A stretch of DNA of 42,759 bases from the NCBI GenBank assembly GCA_002269645.1, contig NIVC01001534.1, forward strand, positions 1-42,759, in the 5' to 3' direction. This document shows, one piece after another, positions 1-11,723 of this stretch. A program made the position numbers and the translations under genes. Numbering within the stretch: the stretch's first letter is position 1; every line of letters starts with the position of its first letter. The notes under the pieces are model-generated. The model saw only the letters and a list, made by a program, of their open reading frames with translations. It was not told the origin of the DNA and searched no databases. The DNA is from Macrostomum lignano. Lineage: Eukaryota.

Positions 1-1035
1 ATAAATATCTTCTTAGCAAAGGATGGGATCGTATTACAATGCCTAATGCAAGGAAAGCTAACTGATTATCTGAGCTTTGCCAACTTGGCTAAAGTTGGTA
101 GTGGAGTAATATTCAAGTCTTTTTTCTACATTTTTGACTTTCAAATCTAAAACTAACGGGATGCTACACAATGTTTTTTTCGCATCCGAAAATTTTAGTC
201 TCGCATACTAGCAGTACTTTTACATGCATTGTCCTATAAATTTGAAAACAAATATGCCCATAATACCTAAAGCAATGAAGGTTGCAACTATAAGAGCGCA
301 GCAACTGCCCGTGGGAATTCCCATGGCCCAGCCTTTCAAATGAATGGGAAAATCAGACTCGCATTTAGAGCTAACTATGCATTCGATAAAAGCGGCCTAA
401 GTCACGACTTGCATACACAAGATTTGGAAATGTTGTTGCAAGGAAATCGCTTTATAGTCTCTATCGTCTGTCTTTTACAACTTTCAAGCGTGTTGTATTC
501 AAATATAACCAACGATTTTTAGAACGCATGACGCCAATGCAAAGCTATCAATGTTGCGGCAAAGCCTCCAAAGGTCGCATTCAGTAGGGTTCAGGAATAA
601 CATCGACTTTAGGGAGTAGGAAGCAGTCAAAATGGCACGCACAATATTGGAATAAATTTAAGAGTCTCAGGACTTTGTTTATACAAGGTTTAAGGAGGTC
701 AGAATTGAAAGCGAAATGTTTAAATTACCTGCACTAGGATTTACCGCAGCAAAGCAATGCAGGCTGTTATTGCTAAACTTCAATTACGTGTTTTTTTACA
801 TGCACAAGCCTGCAACCTAAAGAAATTTCTTCTTGAACCAAGATTTTTTTCACGAGAGTCATGTGTCACGTTCTGCTAAATAAATACACGACCCGAAAAC
901 TCTGTTCCTATTCCATACAGGCTATTATCTGCTAAAACGCAGATACAATTATAGAAGAATTTGAAGCATTTAAATTAAAAGCTATGGCCAATCATCAGGC
1001 CGGAAGTAGCTTTGAAGTCTGTCTTAGCTGCCTTA

Positions 1036-1331
1036 ATTGAATTGATATGAGTTGATTGAATTGATAACCGACAGCTCAGCCGCAGCTATTGCGCGGCGCA
1101 TCTGAAGGCTGCGTACGGCTGTTCAGTCCAAGGACTGGGGGGGGGGGGTCGCCACACGCACCCACAATTACCACAGCTAATGCTGGAATCCATTTTACAG
1201 CTGGGTGAACTGAAGCAATGCAGAGAGTTAAGTGTCTTGCTCAAGGACACAAATTGTTCCGAGTGGATCGAGAATCGAACCCTCGACCTTCAAGTCGTGA
1301 GTCCGACGCTCTGACCACTAGGCTACAACCC
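1036..1331 (-). mobile_element. tRNA-derived SINE with CORE-like central domain
   Basis: The minus strand reads GGGTTGTAGCCTAGTGGTCAGAGCGTCGGACTCACGACTTGAAGGTCGAGGGTTCGATTCTCGATCC. This has an A box (TAGCCTAGTGG), a B box (GGTTCGATT) and a CAC anticodon-like loop, but broken stems. It continues GTGTCCTTGAGCAAGACACTTAACTCTCTGCATTGCTTCAGTTCACCCAGCTGTAAAATGG (1250-1190), resembling the MIR/CORE domain as I recall it, and ends in a TCAAT-type tail at about 1065-1036. Confidence 0.8.
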
Positions 1332-1362
1332 CTAGTTTCCTTAATAACAGCTCTAACCAACT

Positions 1363-2313
1363 CTAACTAACCAAGTGTAAGCTAAAATTGACTTGGAAGT
1401 CATCAACGAAAGTAGTTAAACACAGCTCAAAGAGTACCTCATCAGCATTTCCATTGGCGTAAATCGGTTCAGGCGGCTGGCCGCAGTGCAACGGCAGTCG
1501 AACGCAATCGGAATCTTTGGCTGTATTATTAGTACTGGACGATGCGTCTAAGGAAGAGACCGCTTGAGCTTGTTCAACTGCAGACAATTGAACAGCCTCC
1601 TCAATCTCTAATGCGTTATTATTGCCAGAGGCTAGTGGATTAGAATTGCCGTAACGAACTCTGTGATAGAAAGATCGCACAGCCCAACAGATGTAGATGT
1701 TCATTAGGCTGACTAGTAGGCCAGGTAGCAAAGCGGTAATAATGCTATCCGCCACTGACCAAGCGATTCGTTGCGCTCGAATTCGACAAAAATGACCTTT
1801 TGAAAGTATCGGCTCGGGTTTGTAGTCGATCAATACGAACACGTGACAGCTCCAGAGTAGGCCTAAGAGCAGCACAGTCAGTATAAGGTGTCGAGCTTTC
1901 TGTTCAGCTATACGCCTAGTATAGCAATGAGGCAAACTGATGCACAGGAACCGGTCTAGACTGAGACCAATTATAAGCCAAGGACTAAGGAAAGTCAACA
2001 GGCTGTAGGAATAAGTAATCATGTAGCAGCTGAGCAGGTGACTATCGTGTAGCTGGGTGAGGCCGGTAAGAAGGTAGCTAAATAATAGCAGAAGATCGAC
2101 AGCGGACAACAGGCGAAGCACGCGGGAGAGATAGTGCTTGCGTACCGGACTGTTGCAGAATACACAGAAATTAATCAGATTGATAGCAATGCCCAGTCCA
2201 GAGACTATTGTGCTAGTTTTAAGAATCACGCTGAAGGCTTGGATCAGCAGATACTGAGGCTGCTGTTGTTGCGAGTCGGCAGTCGAGTTTTCGAGCGTCA
2301 AGTTAGTATCCAT
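1363..2313 (-). CDS. Rhodopsin-class (family A) peptide-receptor-like GPCR, TM1-TM5 only (partial, or first coding exon)
   Basis: The first ATG at 2313 gives MDTNLTLENST (two N-glycosylation sequons). Motifs: TM1 GIAINLINF, TM2 LSAVDLLLL, TM3 ending LSLDRF (DRY-like), TM4 LLWSCHVF, ECL2 Cys, TM5 LLPGLLVSLMN. No TM6/TM7 appear before the stop at 1365-1363; possible donor GAG|GTACTC near 1432. Possible 5'UTR intron 2566-2407. Confidence 0.8.
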   Translation of the reverse strand: MDTNLTLENSTADSQQQQPQYLLIQAFSVILKTSTIVSGLGIAINLINFCVFCNSPVRKHYLSRVLRLLSAVDLLLLFSYLLTGLTQLHDSHLLSCYMITYSYSLLTFLSPWLIIGLSLDRFLCISLPHCYTRRIAEQKARHLILTVLLLGLLWSCHVFVLIDYKPEPILSKGHFCRIRAQRIAWSVADSIITALLPGLLVSLMNIYICWAVRSFYHRVRYGNSNPLASGNNNALEIEEAVQLSAVEQAQAVSSLDASSSTNNTAKDSDCVRLPLHCGQPPEPIYANGNADEVLFELCLTTFVDDFQVNFSLHLVS

Positions 2314-2835
2314 TGATAAGCTTTCGGTTTTAAAGCCGGATGTTTCGACAAGATGCAATAAAGCAGACGATTGAAGTGGCAAGTTTATTGATGAAGGCAA
2401 CAAAAGCTGTCAGCCGGATGGGACTTTTATATAAAGTTTAGATGGGATTGGAAACTGCAGTAAAGCCACTGCTTCATCTCATTGGATCATGTCTCTGTCC
2501 AACTGCAGGCCAGCTAGTGCATTAGCGCGCATCCCCAGTGCAGTCTAGTGCAGTAGACAAATATACCTGCTCTGGGGACTAGCTCAGCTCACTGATCAAT
2601 TCAGATTTGACAAGGCCAGCGCTGCCGACTGGACAGCCCTTTGACAATCAAACAGAACAGGCAGATGCCTGGGACCAGTTAATAATTGTGAACACGAATG
2701 TGCACTAATAAGAGAGAAGATAAACTACGGTGCATGCATTGCACTATATACTCGTAAGTAGCTGCTGCAAGCTACATTCTAGATTAGTAAATGATTTTCT
2801 ACGAAAATTTATCATAATTCTATATGACTGATACA

Positions 2836-3043
<208 letters not shown>

Positions 3044-3744
3044 CAAGCTACCTAAAGCATCATTAACACTCCAGTTTGAGGTGATCCCTTTACACTTCAC
3101 GCATCACGTGTTAAAAATCTGAATTTATTTCACAATTCTATTTCAATTAACGAAGATTAAATGAAGATTTGCACAAAGGCCTTCGATACAATACAATACA
3201 ATAGTGAACAATGCAACCCTTTATTGAAGATGACGAATCTGAATCGCGGCTTCTGAGCAGCACACAACGCATAATAGCAGACTTGCTAAGAGACGCGATT
3301 ATTAGTTCGTAACTTATTCAATTCAATGCCTTTGACAAACTCGTAATTAATTAAATATCCAACAAAAGCAACGCAGCTCGAACGAGTTTATCAATCTTCG
3401 GCAAGCTATTCGGCAAGCTAATTACTATAAATGCTCACCCAGCCGAATTATAGACAATATAGATCCGTCTCTGACTGGCCCAGTGCTCTGCGATCATCTG
3501 CTGCTCAGCGCAGCTTGTAAACTCCCAGCTTACGCATGTAATTATGCCTAACTAAGACTTTATTTCGAGTCGCTATCTGTAATGCTCGGAAATGTGCCTA
3601 CACTATAACTATGCTGAAGTCAGTAGCAAGCAAAGTCAACAAGAAGTAAAAGTTTACTAGAAACAGGACTCAATTAGTGAGCTAATGCCAACGACTGATG
3701 AGTCTGCGTGAGCAGCAGTGCATTCCGTATCAATCATCAAAAAA

Positions 3745-4186
3745 ATAATGAGTCGATTTTGACAATAAGTTGAAGTCGACAATGAGCTGATTTTGATAAT
3801 GAGCTGAAGTCGATAATGAGCAGAAGTAGATAATGAGCGGATGTCGACAATGAGCTTTGATAATGAGCTGATGTCGATAATGAGCTGAAGTAGATAATGA
3901 GAGGATGTCGATAATGAGCTTCGATAATGAGCTTCGATAATGAGCTGAAGTAGATAATGAGCTGATTTCTACAATGAGCTGAAGTCAATAATGAGCTTCG
4001 ACAATGAGCCGATTTTGATAATGAGCTGATATCGATAATGAGCTGATGTCGATAATGATCCGATGTCGATAATGATCCGATGTCGATAATGAGCTGATGT
4101 CGATAATGATCCGATGTCGATAATGAGCTGAAGTCGATAATGAGCTGATGTCGATAATGAGCGGATGTCGACAATAATAATGAGTC
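3745..4186. repeat. Degenerate ~17-bp minisatellite (GTCGATAATGAGCTGAT)
   Basis: The GATAATGAGC core recurs more than 20 times. Confidence 0.92.
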
Positions 4187-4956
4187 ATCCTAAGGTAAAG
4201 TCGACAGAAGTCATAAAAACCTAACAGATTATGTAGCTAGAAATTCGCTTAAAAATAGTACCTGCGCGTCGCAGTAAAAGCATAATAGGGTTTTACGCCG
4301 CAACACGACTAGGCAGGCTATCAACAATATCCTGAGAGCTTCACCTCTTCTCCAAAGCCGATAATGAAATTCTTTGACAATGCCTTATCACAGAATAGAG
4401 CTGTACAACTAAGTATTGCGCTATTGCAAGCAACCCGGAAGCTAACATGCTGGGTAAAGATTGATACGGGAAAAATAGAGCAGCGACTGGACATGGCGTC
4501 TCGACCAAGCGATCTCAAACGACAATCTGCATTAGCAGTTGAAATTTAAATTTATTATTGATAAATAAATTTATTGATAGCTGAGGGTTTCGAGGAAAAG
4601 CTAGCAGCTTCGCCAGCAGACTCTTTTGTGTCAAAACCGCCTCGACCAGGCCCCACATCGGATAGCGATAGAGACAGGAAAAGAGAAAAAAAGTTTTTTT
4701 ATGACCCCGCATCAACTGATGCATGCTAAGCCCCGCTGCATAACAAACAACTGAATAGTTCAATTCAGGGGTTGGGGCCGCACATGCGGAGATGAAAAAT
4801 ATGGGAGAAAACATCAATTTGCATGAGTAAAAGCAATAAAGCAATTTAATAGCCAACAAGTAAATGGGAAACAGAGCTACAGTATTGTTTCAACCCAACC
4901 AAAGCCTCATTGGCCAAAGAGGACACAGCAGGAGAAAAACCCTAAGCGTTAGAAGG

Positions 4957-5548
<592 letters not shown>

Positions 5549-5629
5549 ATAACCAGAGACAGGCACGGCAAACTCACCGATTTGGCACGCGAGTAAGTGT
5601 GAAGGCGGCAGAGACACAGGGAACGGCGC

Positions 5630-6100
5630 TCAGATGTCGAGAATAACAAAGACTTCGTGCTGCTCGGGCTCGTCATAGATCTGCATATTGGAGTAGGTGA
5701 TGGCCTTGACCTCAGTGCCCTGCGGATGCTTGCCAAGCTCGAACGGCTCCCCGTAGCCCACAGATCGAATCCGAAAATTAGCGGCGTCGAATTCGACAAT
5801 TCGAACTATTCGAGGAAAAAAGAAATCGTCGGCGCTAAACGCGAATAGCCATTCGTCGAGAAAGTGAAATAACAAAGACTGCAAGTCGTCGCCCTCGGCT
5901 GACACCTCCAAGCGATGCGTCAGAGACACCGAGCTGTAGTCGGTTGTCATGTAGTTAAACATCGCCATGGCAACCTGCTCGAATGTCTGCGCCAGACTGT
6001 TACCCCAGGCGTGCAGCTGGACATCGGCTGTGTGGTCCAAGTATTCGAATTGGCACTCGGGCACTGCGGGTGGACATTCTGAATCGGTGAGCTGCTCCAT
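5630..6100 (-). CDS. ZBTB8OS: Archease (RtcB tRNA-ligase cofactor), 156 aa, uninterrupted CDS
   Basis: Family motifs FEYLDHTADVQLHAWG, LFHFLDEWLF, GTEVKAITYSNMQI and terminal FVILDI. ATG at 6100 follows acceptor CTTTTCCAG; the ORF extension to 6157 runs into the 40-bp repeat and is not real. Confidence 0.95.
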   Translation of the reverse strand: MEQLTDSECPPAVPECQFEYLDHTADVQLHAWGNSLAQTFEQVAMAMFNYMTTDYSSVSLTHRLEVSAEGDDLQSLLFHFLDEWLFAFSADDFFFPRIVRIVEFDAANFRIRSVGYGEPFELGKHPQGTEVKAITYSNMQIYDEPEQHEVFVILDI

Positions 6101-6140
6101 GCGGCTGGCTGGAAAAGAGATTGGCTTGAACTGTAAGGGA

Positions 6141-7034
6141 ATTCCTGTATTTACCATAGACTAGATTAGCAATTCATTCTATTCCTGTATTTACCATAGA
6201 CTAGATTAGCAATTTATTCTATTCCTGTATTTACCATAGACTAGATTAGCAATTCATTCTATTCCTGTATTTACCATAGACTAGATTAGCAATTTATTCT
6301 ATTCCTGTATTTACCATAGACTAGATTAGCAATTCATTTTATTCCTGTATTTACCATAGACTAGATTAGCAATTCATTCTATTCCTGTATTTACCATAGA
6401 CTAGATTAGCAATTCATTCTATTCCTGTATTTACCATAGACTAGATTAGCAATTCATTCTATTCCTGTATTTACCATAGACTAGATTAGCAATTCATTCT
6501 ATTCCTGTATTTACCATAGACTAGATTAGCAATTCATTCTATTCCTGTATTTACCATAGACTAGATTAGCAATTCATTCTATTCCTGTATTTACCATAGA
6601 CTAGATTAGCAATTCATTCTATTCCTGTATTTACCATAGACTAGATTAGCAATTCATTCTATTTCTGTATTTACCATAGACTAGATTAGCAATTTATTCT
6701 ATTCCTGTATTTACCATAGACTAGATTAGCAATTCATTTTATTCCTGTATTTACCATAGACTAGATTAGCAATTCATTCTATTCCTGTATTTACCATAGA
6801 CTAGATTAGCAATTCATTCTATTCCTGTATTTACCATAGACTAGATTAGCAATTCATTCTATTCCTGTATTTACTATAGACTAGATTAGCAATTTATTCT
6901 ATTCCTGTATTTACCATAGACTAGATTAGCAATTCATTCTATCCCGGTATTTACCATAGACTAGATTAGCAATTCATTCTATTCCTGTATTTACCATAGA
7001 CTAGATTAGCAATTAATTCTATTCCGGTATTTAC
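6141..7034. repeat. 40-bp minisatellite, about 22 near-identical copies (ATTCCTGTATTTACCATAGACTAGATTAGCAATTCATTCT)
   Basis: 40-nt periodicity is directly visible. Confidence 0.98.
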
Positions 7035-7037
7035 GAT

Positions 7038-7165
7038 CAAATGAAATGGCGCCCCCTATCCAATGAAATGGCGCCCCCTATCCAATGAAATGGCGCCCCC
7101 TATCCAATGAAATGGCACCCAATATCAAATGAAATGGCACCCCCTATAAAATGAAATGGCACCTC
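7038..7165. repeat. 22-bp repeat, about 5-6 copies (AATGAAATGGCGCCCCCTATCC)
   Basis: Direct reading; copies decay rightwards. Confidence 0.9.
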
Positions 7166-7689
7166 CAAGAAGCACCCCCTTCCGTAGAAGTACTTTTTAA
7201 ACCCTCGATTTAATCTATCAAATTTGAATTTCACTAATCTGAAAACCACCAGGGGGAATCAAGGATTATAGGGATCTTATCCAATTTAATCATTGATAAT
7301 ACAATATACTTTAATTGTGTCATTTGCCATCACAAAAATTAATCAGTTCAATACCTGAAAAAGTCATTGAGTAAGTTTTTTTTACAGACCTGCAGACGTA
7401 AACAAGGCAATTAGGGCATGAAGTACTTTCTTTAGTATAATAGTACTGCATATATCTCAGCGCCTTTGGGGGGGTTGCTTGTCAAAGAGTCTAAATTACA
7501 CCGCAACACGGAATAGAACCCGACATTTTTGATGGGTAAGTCACGTCAGAAACTTCTAATGCTGTTTTTTACCTTGATAATAGTCTTGCTTTTTATAGAA
7601 TAATTACAACTTATAGGTTTTGACATATCTGAGCTAAATAATAACTCAACCTATCAATCAATTACCTGAACATTTAACTAAACAGCTAA

Positions 7690-9192
7690 TTAATCAAACA
7701 GTTCATCAATCAAACAGCTCATCAATCAAGCAGCTAATCAATCAAACAGCTCATCAATCAAACAGCTCATCAATCAAACAGCTCATCAATCAAACAGCTC
7801 ATCAATCAAGCAGCTCATCAATCAAGCAGCTCATCAATCAAACAGCTCATCAATCAAACAGCACATGAATCAAGCAGCTCATCAATCAAGCAGCTCATCA
7901 ATCAAACAGCTCATTAATCAAACAGTTCATCAATCAAACAGCTCATCAATCAAGCAGCTCATCAATCAAACAGCTCATCAATCAAACAGCTCATCAATCT
8001 AACAGCTCATCAATCAAGCAGCTCATCAATCAAACAGCTCATCAATCAAGCAGCTTATCAATCAAGCAGCTCATCAATCAAACAGCTCATCAATCTAACA
8101 GCTCATCAATCAAACAGTCCATCAATCAAGCAGCTCATCAATCAAACAGCTCATCAATCAAACAGCTCATCAATCAAACAGTCCATCAATCAAACAGCTC
8201 ATCAATCAAACAGCTCATCAATCAAACAGCTCATCAATCAAGCAGCTCATCAATCAAACAGTCCATCAATCAAACAGCTCATCAATCTAACAGCTCATCA
8301 ATCAAACAGCTCATCAATCAAACAGTCCATCAATCAAACAGCTCATCAATCAAACAGCTCATCAATCTAACAGCTCATCAATCAAACAGCTCATCAATCA
8401 AACAGTCCATCAATCAAACAGCTCATCAATCTAACAGCTCATCAATCAAACAGCTCATCAATCAAACAGTCCATCAATCAAACAGCTCATCAATCAAACA
8501 GTCCATCAATCAAGCAGCTCATCAATCAAGCAGCTCATCAATCAAACAGTTCATCAATCAAACAGCTCATCAATCAAACAGTCCATCAATCAAACAGCTC
8601 ATCAATCAAACAGCTCATCAATCAAACAGCTCATCAATCAAACAGTCCATCAATCAAACAGCTCATCAATCTAACAGCTCATCAATCAAACAGCTCATCA
8701 ATCAAACAGTCCATCAATCAAACAGCTCATCAATCAAACAGCTCATCAATCTAACAGCTCATCAATCAAACAGCTCATCAATCAAACAGTCCATCAATCA
8801 AACAGCTCATCAATCTAACAGCTCATCAATCAAACAGCTCATCAATCAAACAGTCCATCAATCAAACAGCTCATCAATCAAACAGTCCATCAATCAAGCA
8901 GCTCATCAATCAAGCAGCTCATCAATCAAACAGCTCATCAATCAAACAGTCCATCAATCAAACAGCTCATCAATCTAACAGCTCATCAATCAAACAGCTC
9001 ATCAATCAAACAGTCCATCAATCAAACAGCTCATCAATCAAACAGCTCATCAATCAAACAGCTCATCAATCAAGCAGCTCATCAATCAAACAGTCCATCA
9101 ATCAAACAGTCCATCAATCAAACAGCTCATCAATCAAACAGTCCATCAATCAAGCAGCTCATCAATCAAACAGCTCATCAATCAAACCAATC
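7690..9192. repeat. 16-bp minisatellite, about 90 copies (CATCAATCAAACAGCT), with recurring variants
   Basis: Direct reading; variants AAGCAGCT, AACAGTCC and CTAACAGCT recur in blocks. Confidence 0.98.
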
Positions 9193-9214
9193 AATCACTA
9201 ATCTGAATCCAAGG

Positions 9215-9220
9215 TTTATT
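9215..9220 (-). promoter_or_regulatory. Candidate polyadenylation signal of PRMT3
   Basis: AATAAA on the minus strand about 205 nt after the PRMT3 stop, followed by the TG-rich 16-bp array. Confidence 0.5.
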
Positions 9221-9425
9221 AGCTTTTAACCAGCGGACTGAATTTTCCTAACAACCTAAACTAAAAAATACAATTATTTAAAAGTAAAAAGTAATTTGAT
9301 AAACTTAAAAAACGTTATTCTGTCCAGAAAAATAAAAATGCACTCAAATTTCGTTCTCTTTATCTGGATCATTCCTCTCACAATAGATTTATCAGCCAAG
9401 TCACATAAGTCAATGATTAGCTAGG

Positions 9426-9596
9426 CTAATCCATTCTAAACTCGCTCCGGGTTCCGTTGCTCCAATCGAATTCGACCAGAAGACTTCGCGGGCTGTCATG
9501 GGGCGGCAAAATGCTGACGTGGAATTCCAAGACTTGCCCGCTGGACAGACTGATTGGCGAACGGAGATAGAATACCGTCTGGCCCCAGTGCGTTAC
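9426..9596 (-). CDS. PRMT3: PRMT3 exon 6 (last coding exon)
   Basis: Acceptor CTGACGCAG, phase 0; encodes VTHWGQTVFYL (THW loop)...DSPRSLLVEF...RMD*; 171 nt. Confidence 0.92.
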   Translation of the reverse strand, partial: VTHWGQTVFYLRSPISLSSGQVLEFHVSILPPHDSPRSLLVEFDWSNGTRSEFRMD

Positions 9597-9644
9597 CTGC
9601 GTCAGGGTGGGTTACGCGACAGCTCTGGGATTTATAATCAGGCA

Positions 9645-10325
9645 TCTAGGATCAGGGATCTAGGATCTGGGATCTAGGATCTGGGATCTAGGACCAGGGA
9701 TCTAGGATCTGGGATCTAGGACCAGGGATCTAGGATCTGGGATCTAGGATCTGGGATCTAGGATCTGGGATCTAGGATCTAGGATCTGGGATCTAGGACC
9801 AGGGATCTAGGATCTGGGATCTAGGACCAGGAATCTAGGATCTGGGATCTAGGATCTGGGATCTAGGATCTGGGATCTAGGACCAGGGATCTAGGATCTG
9901 GGATCTAGGATCTGGGATCTGGGATATAGGATCTGGGATCTAGGATCTGGGATCTGGGATATAGGATCTGGGATCTAGGACCAGGGATCTAGGATCTGGG
10001 ATCTAGGATCTGGGATATAGGATCTGGGATCCAGGATCTGGGATCTAGGATCTGGGATCTAGGATCTGGGATATAGGATCTGGGATCTAGGATCTGGGAT
10101 CTAGGATCTGGGATCTAGGATCTGGGATCTAGGATCTGGGATCTAGGATCTGGGATCTAGGATCTGGGATCTAGGATCTGGGATCTAGGATCTGGGATCT
10201 AGGATCTGGGATCTAGGATCTGGAATCTGGGATCTAGGATCTGGGATCTGGGATCTAGGATCTGGGATCTGGGATCTAGGATCTGGGATCTAGGATCTGG
10301 GATCTAGGATTTAGGATCTGGGATT
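9645..10325. repeat. 7/14-bp GGATCTG/GGATCTA array in PRMT3 intron 5
   Basis: Direct reading. Confidence 0.98.
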
Positions 10326-10417
10326 TCACATTGCCGCTAAATAAGAAGACGAAAAACTGTACGCTAACTTCCACTAGCACTAATGAGCCCTCAATCATGA
10401 GATTTGCAGAACCTCAC

Positions 10418-10555
10418 CTGACTCAAAGGCCCCGTGCTAAAGCTGACATTAACGCCGGCGTCTCCATTACCGAGAAAATCAACATCAAAGTAGCCCACAA
10501 TCGCGTGCAGCTTGCAGTCGCGCAAAGCCGTCAGCTGGACAGGCACTGACTCAAC
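10418..10555 (-). CDS. PRMT3: PRMT3 exon 5
   Basis: CCCAG|GTTGAG...AGTCAG|GTGAGG; 138 nt, phase 0/0; encodes LHAIVGYFDVDF...VSFSTGPLSQ. Confidence 0.92.
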
Positions 10556-10964
10556 CTGGGAGGAAATAATTTCGCAATAATATGCAGAATGTAGAATGGC
10601 ATGCGATTGTGCACTACTAGCAGTAGAGCGAATAGGATCTTTCTGTTGAAAACGAGGGTTAATCTTGAAAGTAAATTAGCTAAAAGTAACTTTTAGTTGG
10701 TCAATTTACCGCAGTTGAACTTTCGAAAAAGCGAATTTACGTTAATTAAAAACGGACACTTCGTAGGTTAATTTCGGTAACAAACTGGTAAATTAAAGTA
10801 AATTTACCCTCCGTAAAGTAACGTTTATTTACCCAAAATTACGTTAATCCACCATCAGGCTATTAGTTAATTAACCCCCCAATATTAACCCTCGTTTTCA
10901 ACGGGGTACATTATACATAAATTAATGGAGGATGTGGGAGGGCAACCAACAAATGGGGATCTGG

Positions 10965-11444
10965 GAGGGCACCAGAAAATGGGGGTCTGGGAGGCTGGGA
11001 GCATCTAAGAGATCTAGCAATCAAGGATCTGCGAGGCTGGCCCAGCAACTGATTGTCTGGGAAGTTGGCCCAGCAACTGACACTCTGGGAGGCTGGCCCA
11101 GCAACTGGGGATCTGGAAGTCTGGCCCAGCAACTGAGGATCTGGGAGGCTGGCCCAGCAACTGGGGATCTGGAAGTCTGGCCTAGCAACTGAGGATCTGG
11201 GAGGCTGGCCCAGCAACTGGGGATCTGGGAGGCTGGCCCAGCAACTGAGGATCCGGGAGGCTGGCCCAGCAACTGAGGATCCGGGAGGCTGGCTCAGCAA
11301 CTGACACTCTGGGAGGCTGGCCCAGGAACTGAGAATCTGGGAGGCTGGCCCAGGAACTGAGAATCTGGGAGGCTGGCCTAGCAACTGAGGATCTGGGAGG
11401 CTGGCCTAGCAACTGGGGATCTGGGAGGCTGGCCCAGCAACTAA
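10965..11444. repeat. 28-bp minisatellite in PRMT3 intron 4 (sense unit CCTCAGTTGCTGGGCCAGCCTCCCAGAT); same family as 39711-40478
   Basis: The plus strand repeats GGCCCAGCAACTGAGGATCTGGGAGGCT; the array begins 17 nt inside the donor. Confidence 0.95.
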
Positions 11445-11461
11445 ATGCCTGAGAGGCGCAC

Positions 11462-11723
11462 CTTAGCGGAGGTGTAGGCACTGGCTGTTAGCATGTCGAT
11501 GCTGCACACCAGAGCAGAACTGGTGGCCACCCAATCCGATTGCAAATCGTAGGCCACGTGAGGCTCGCTAAGGCATCGCTCTTTCAAGAAGGACACCCGT
11601 ACGCCATAGACATTGTCAAAATAGAGAGCGTTGCGCTGGTACAACTCCTCAGAATCAATGCCGCACAATAGTAGATTGCAAATCCGAGGATAGACTGCAC
11701 CGCCAGGTTTGAGACAATGGTCT
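11462..11723 (-). CDS. PRMT3: PRMT3 exon 4
   Basis: ACCAG|A GAC CAT...GCT AAG|GTGCGC; 262 nt, phase 2/0; encodes RDHCLKPGGAVYP...YFDNVYGV...SEPHV. Confidence 0.92.

Noticed and set aside
1259-1331. Functional tRNA-Val(CAC) gene
   Set aside because: Acceptor and anticodon stems do not pair properly, there is no T-run terminator, and it continues into a CORE-like domain, so it is a SINE head.
4321-4859. Short ORFs 4321-4518, 4364-4549 and 4515-4859 as genes
   Set aside because: No recognisable domains or splice structure; more likely archease 3'UTR or intergenic DNA.
6101-6157. N-terminal extension of archease (MVNTGIPLQ...)
   Set aside because: It starts inside the 40-bp repeat and crosses an acceptor; family homology begins after the Met at 6100.
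6141-7034. CRISPR array (also considered for the 30-, 28-, 22- and 17-bp arrays)
   Set aside because: Units are head-to-tail without unique spacers, there are no cas genes, and the context is eukaryotic introns.
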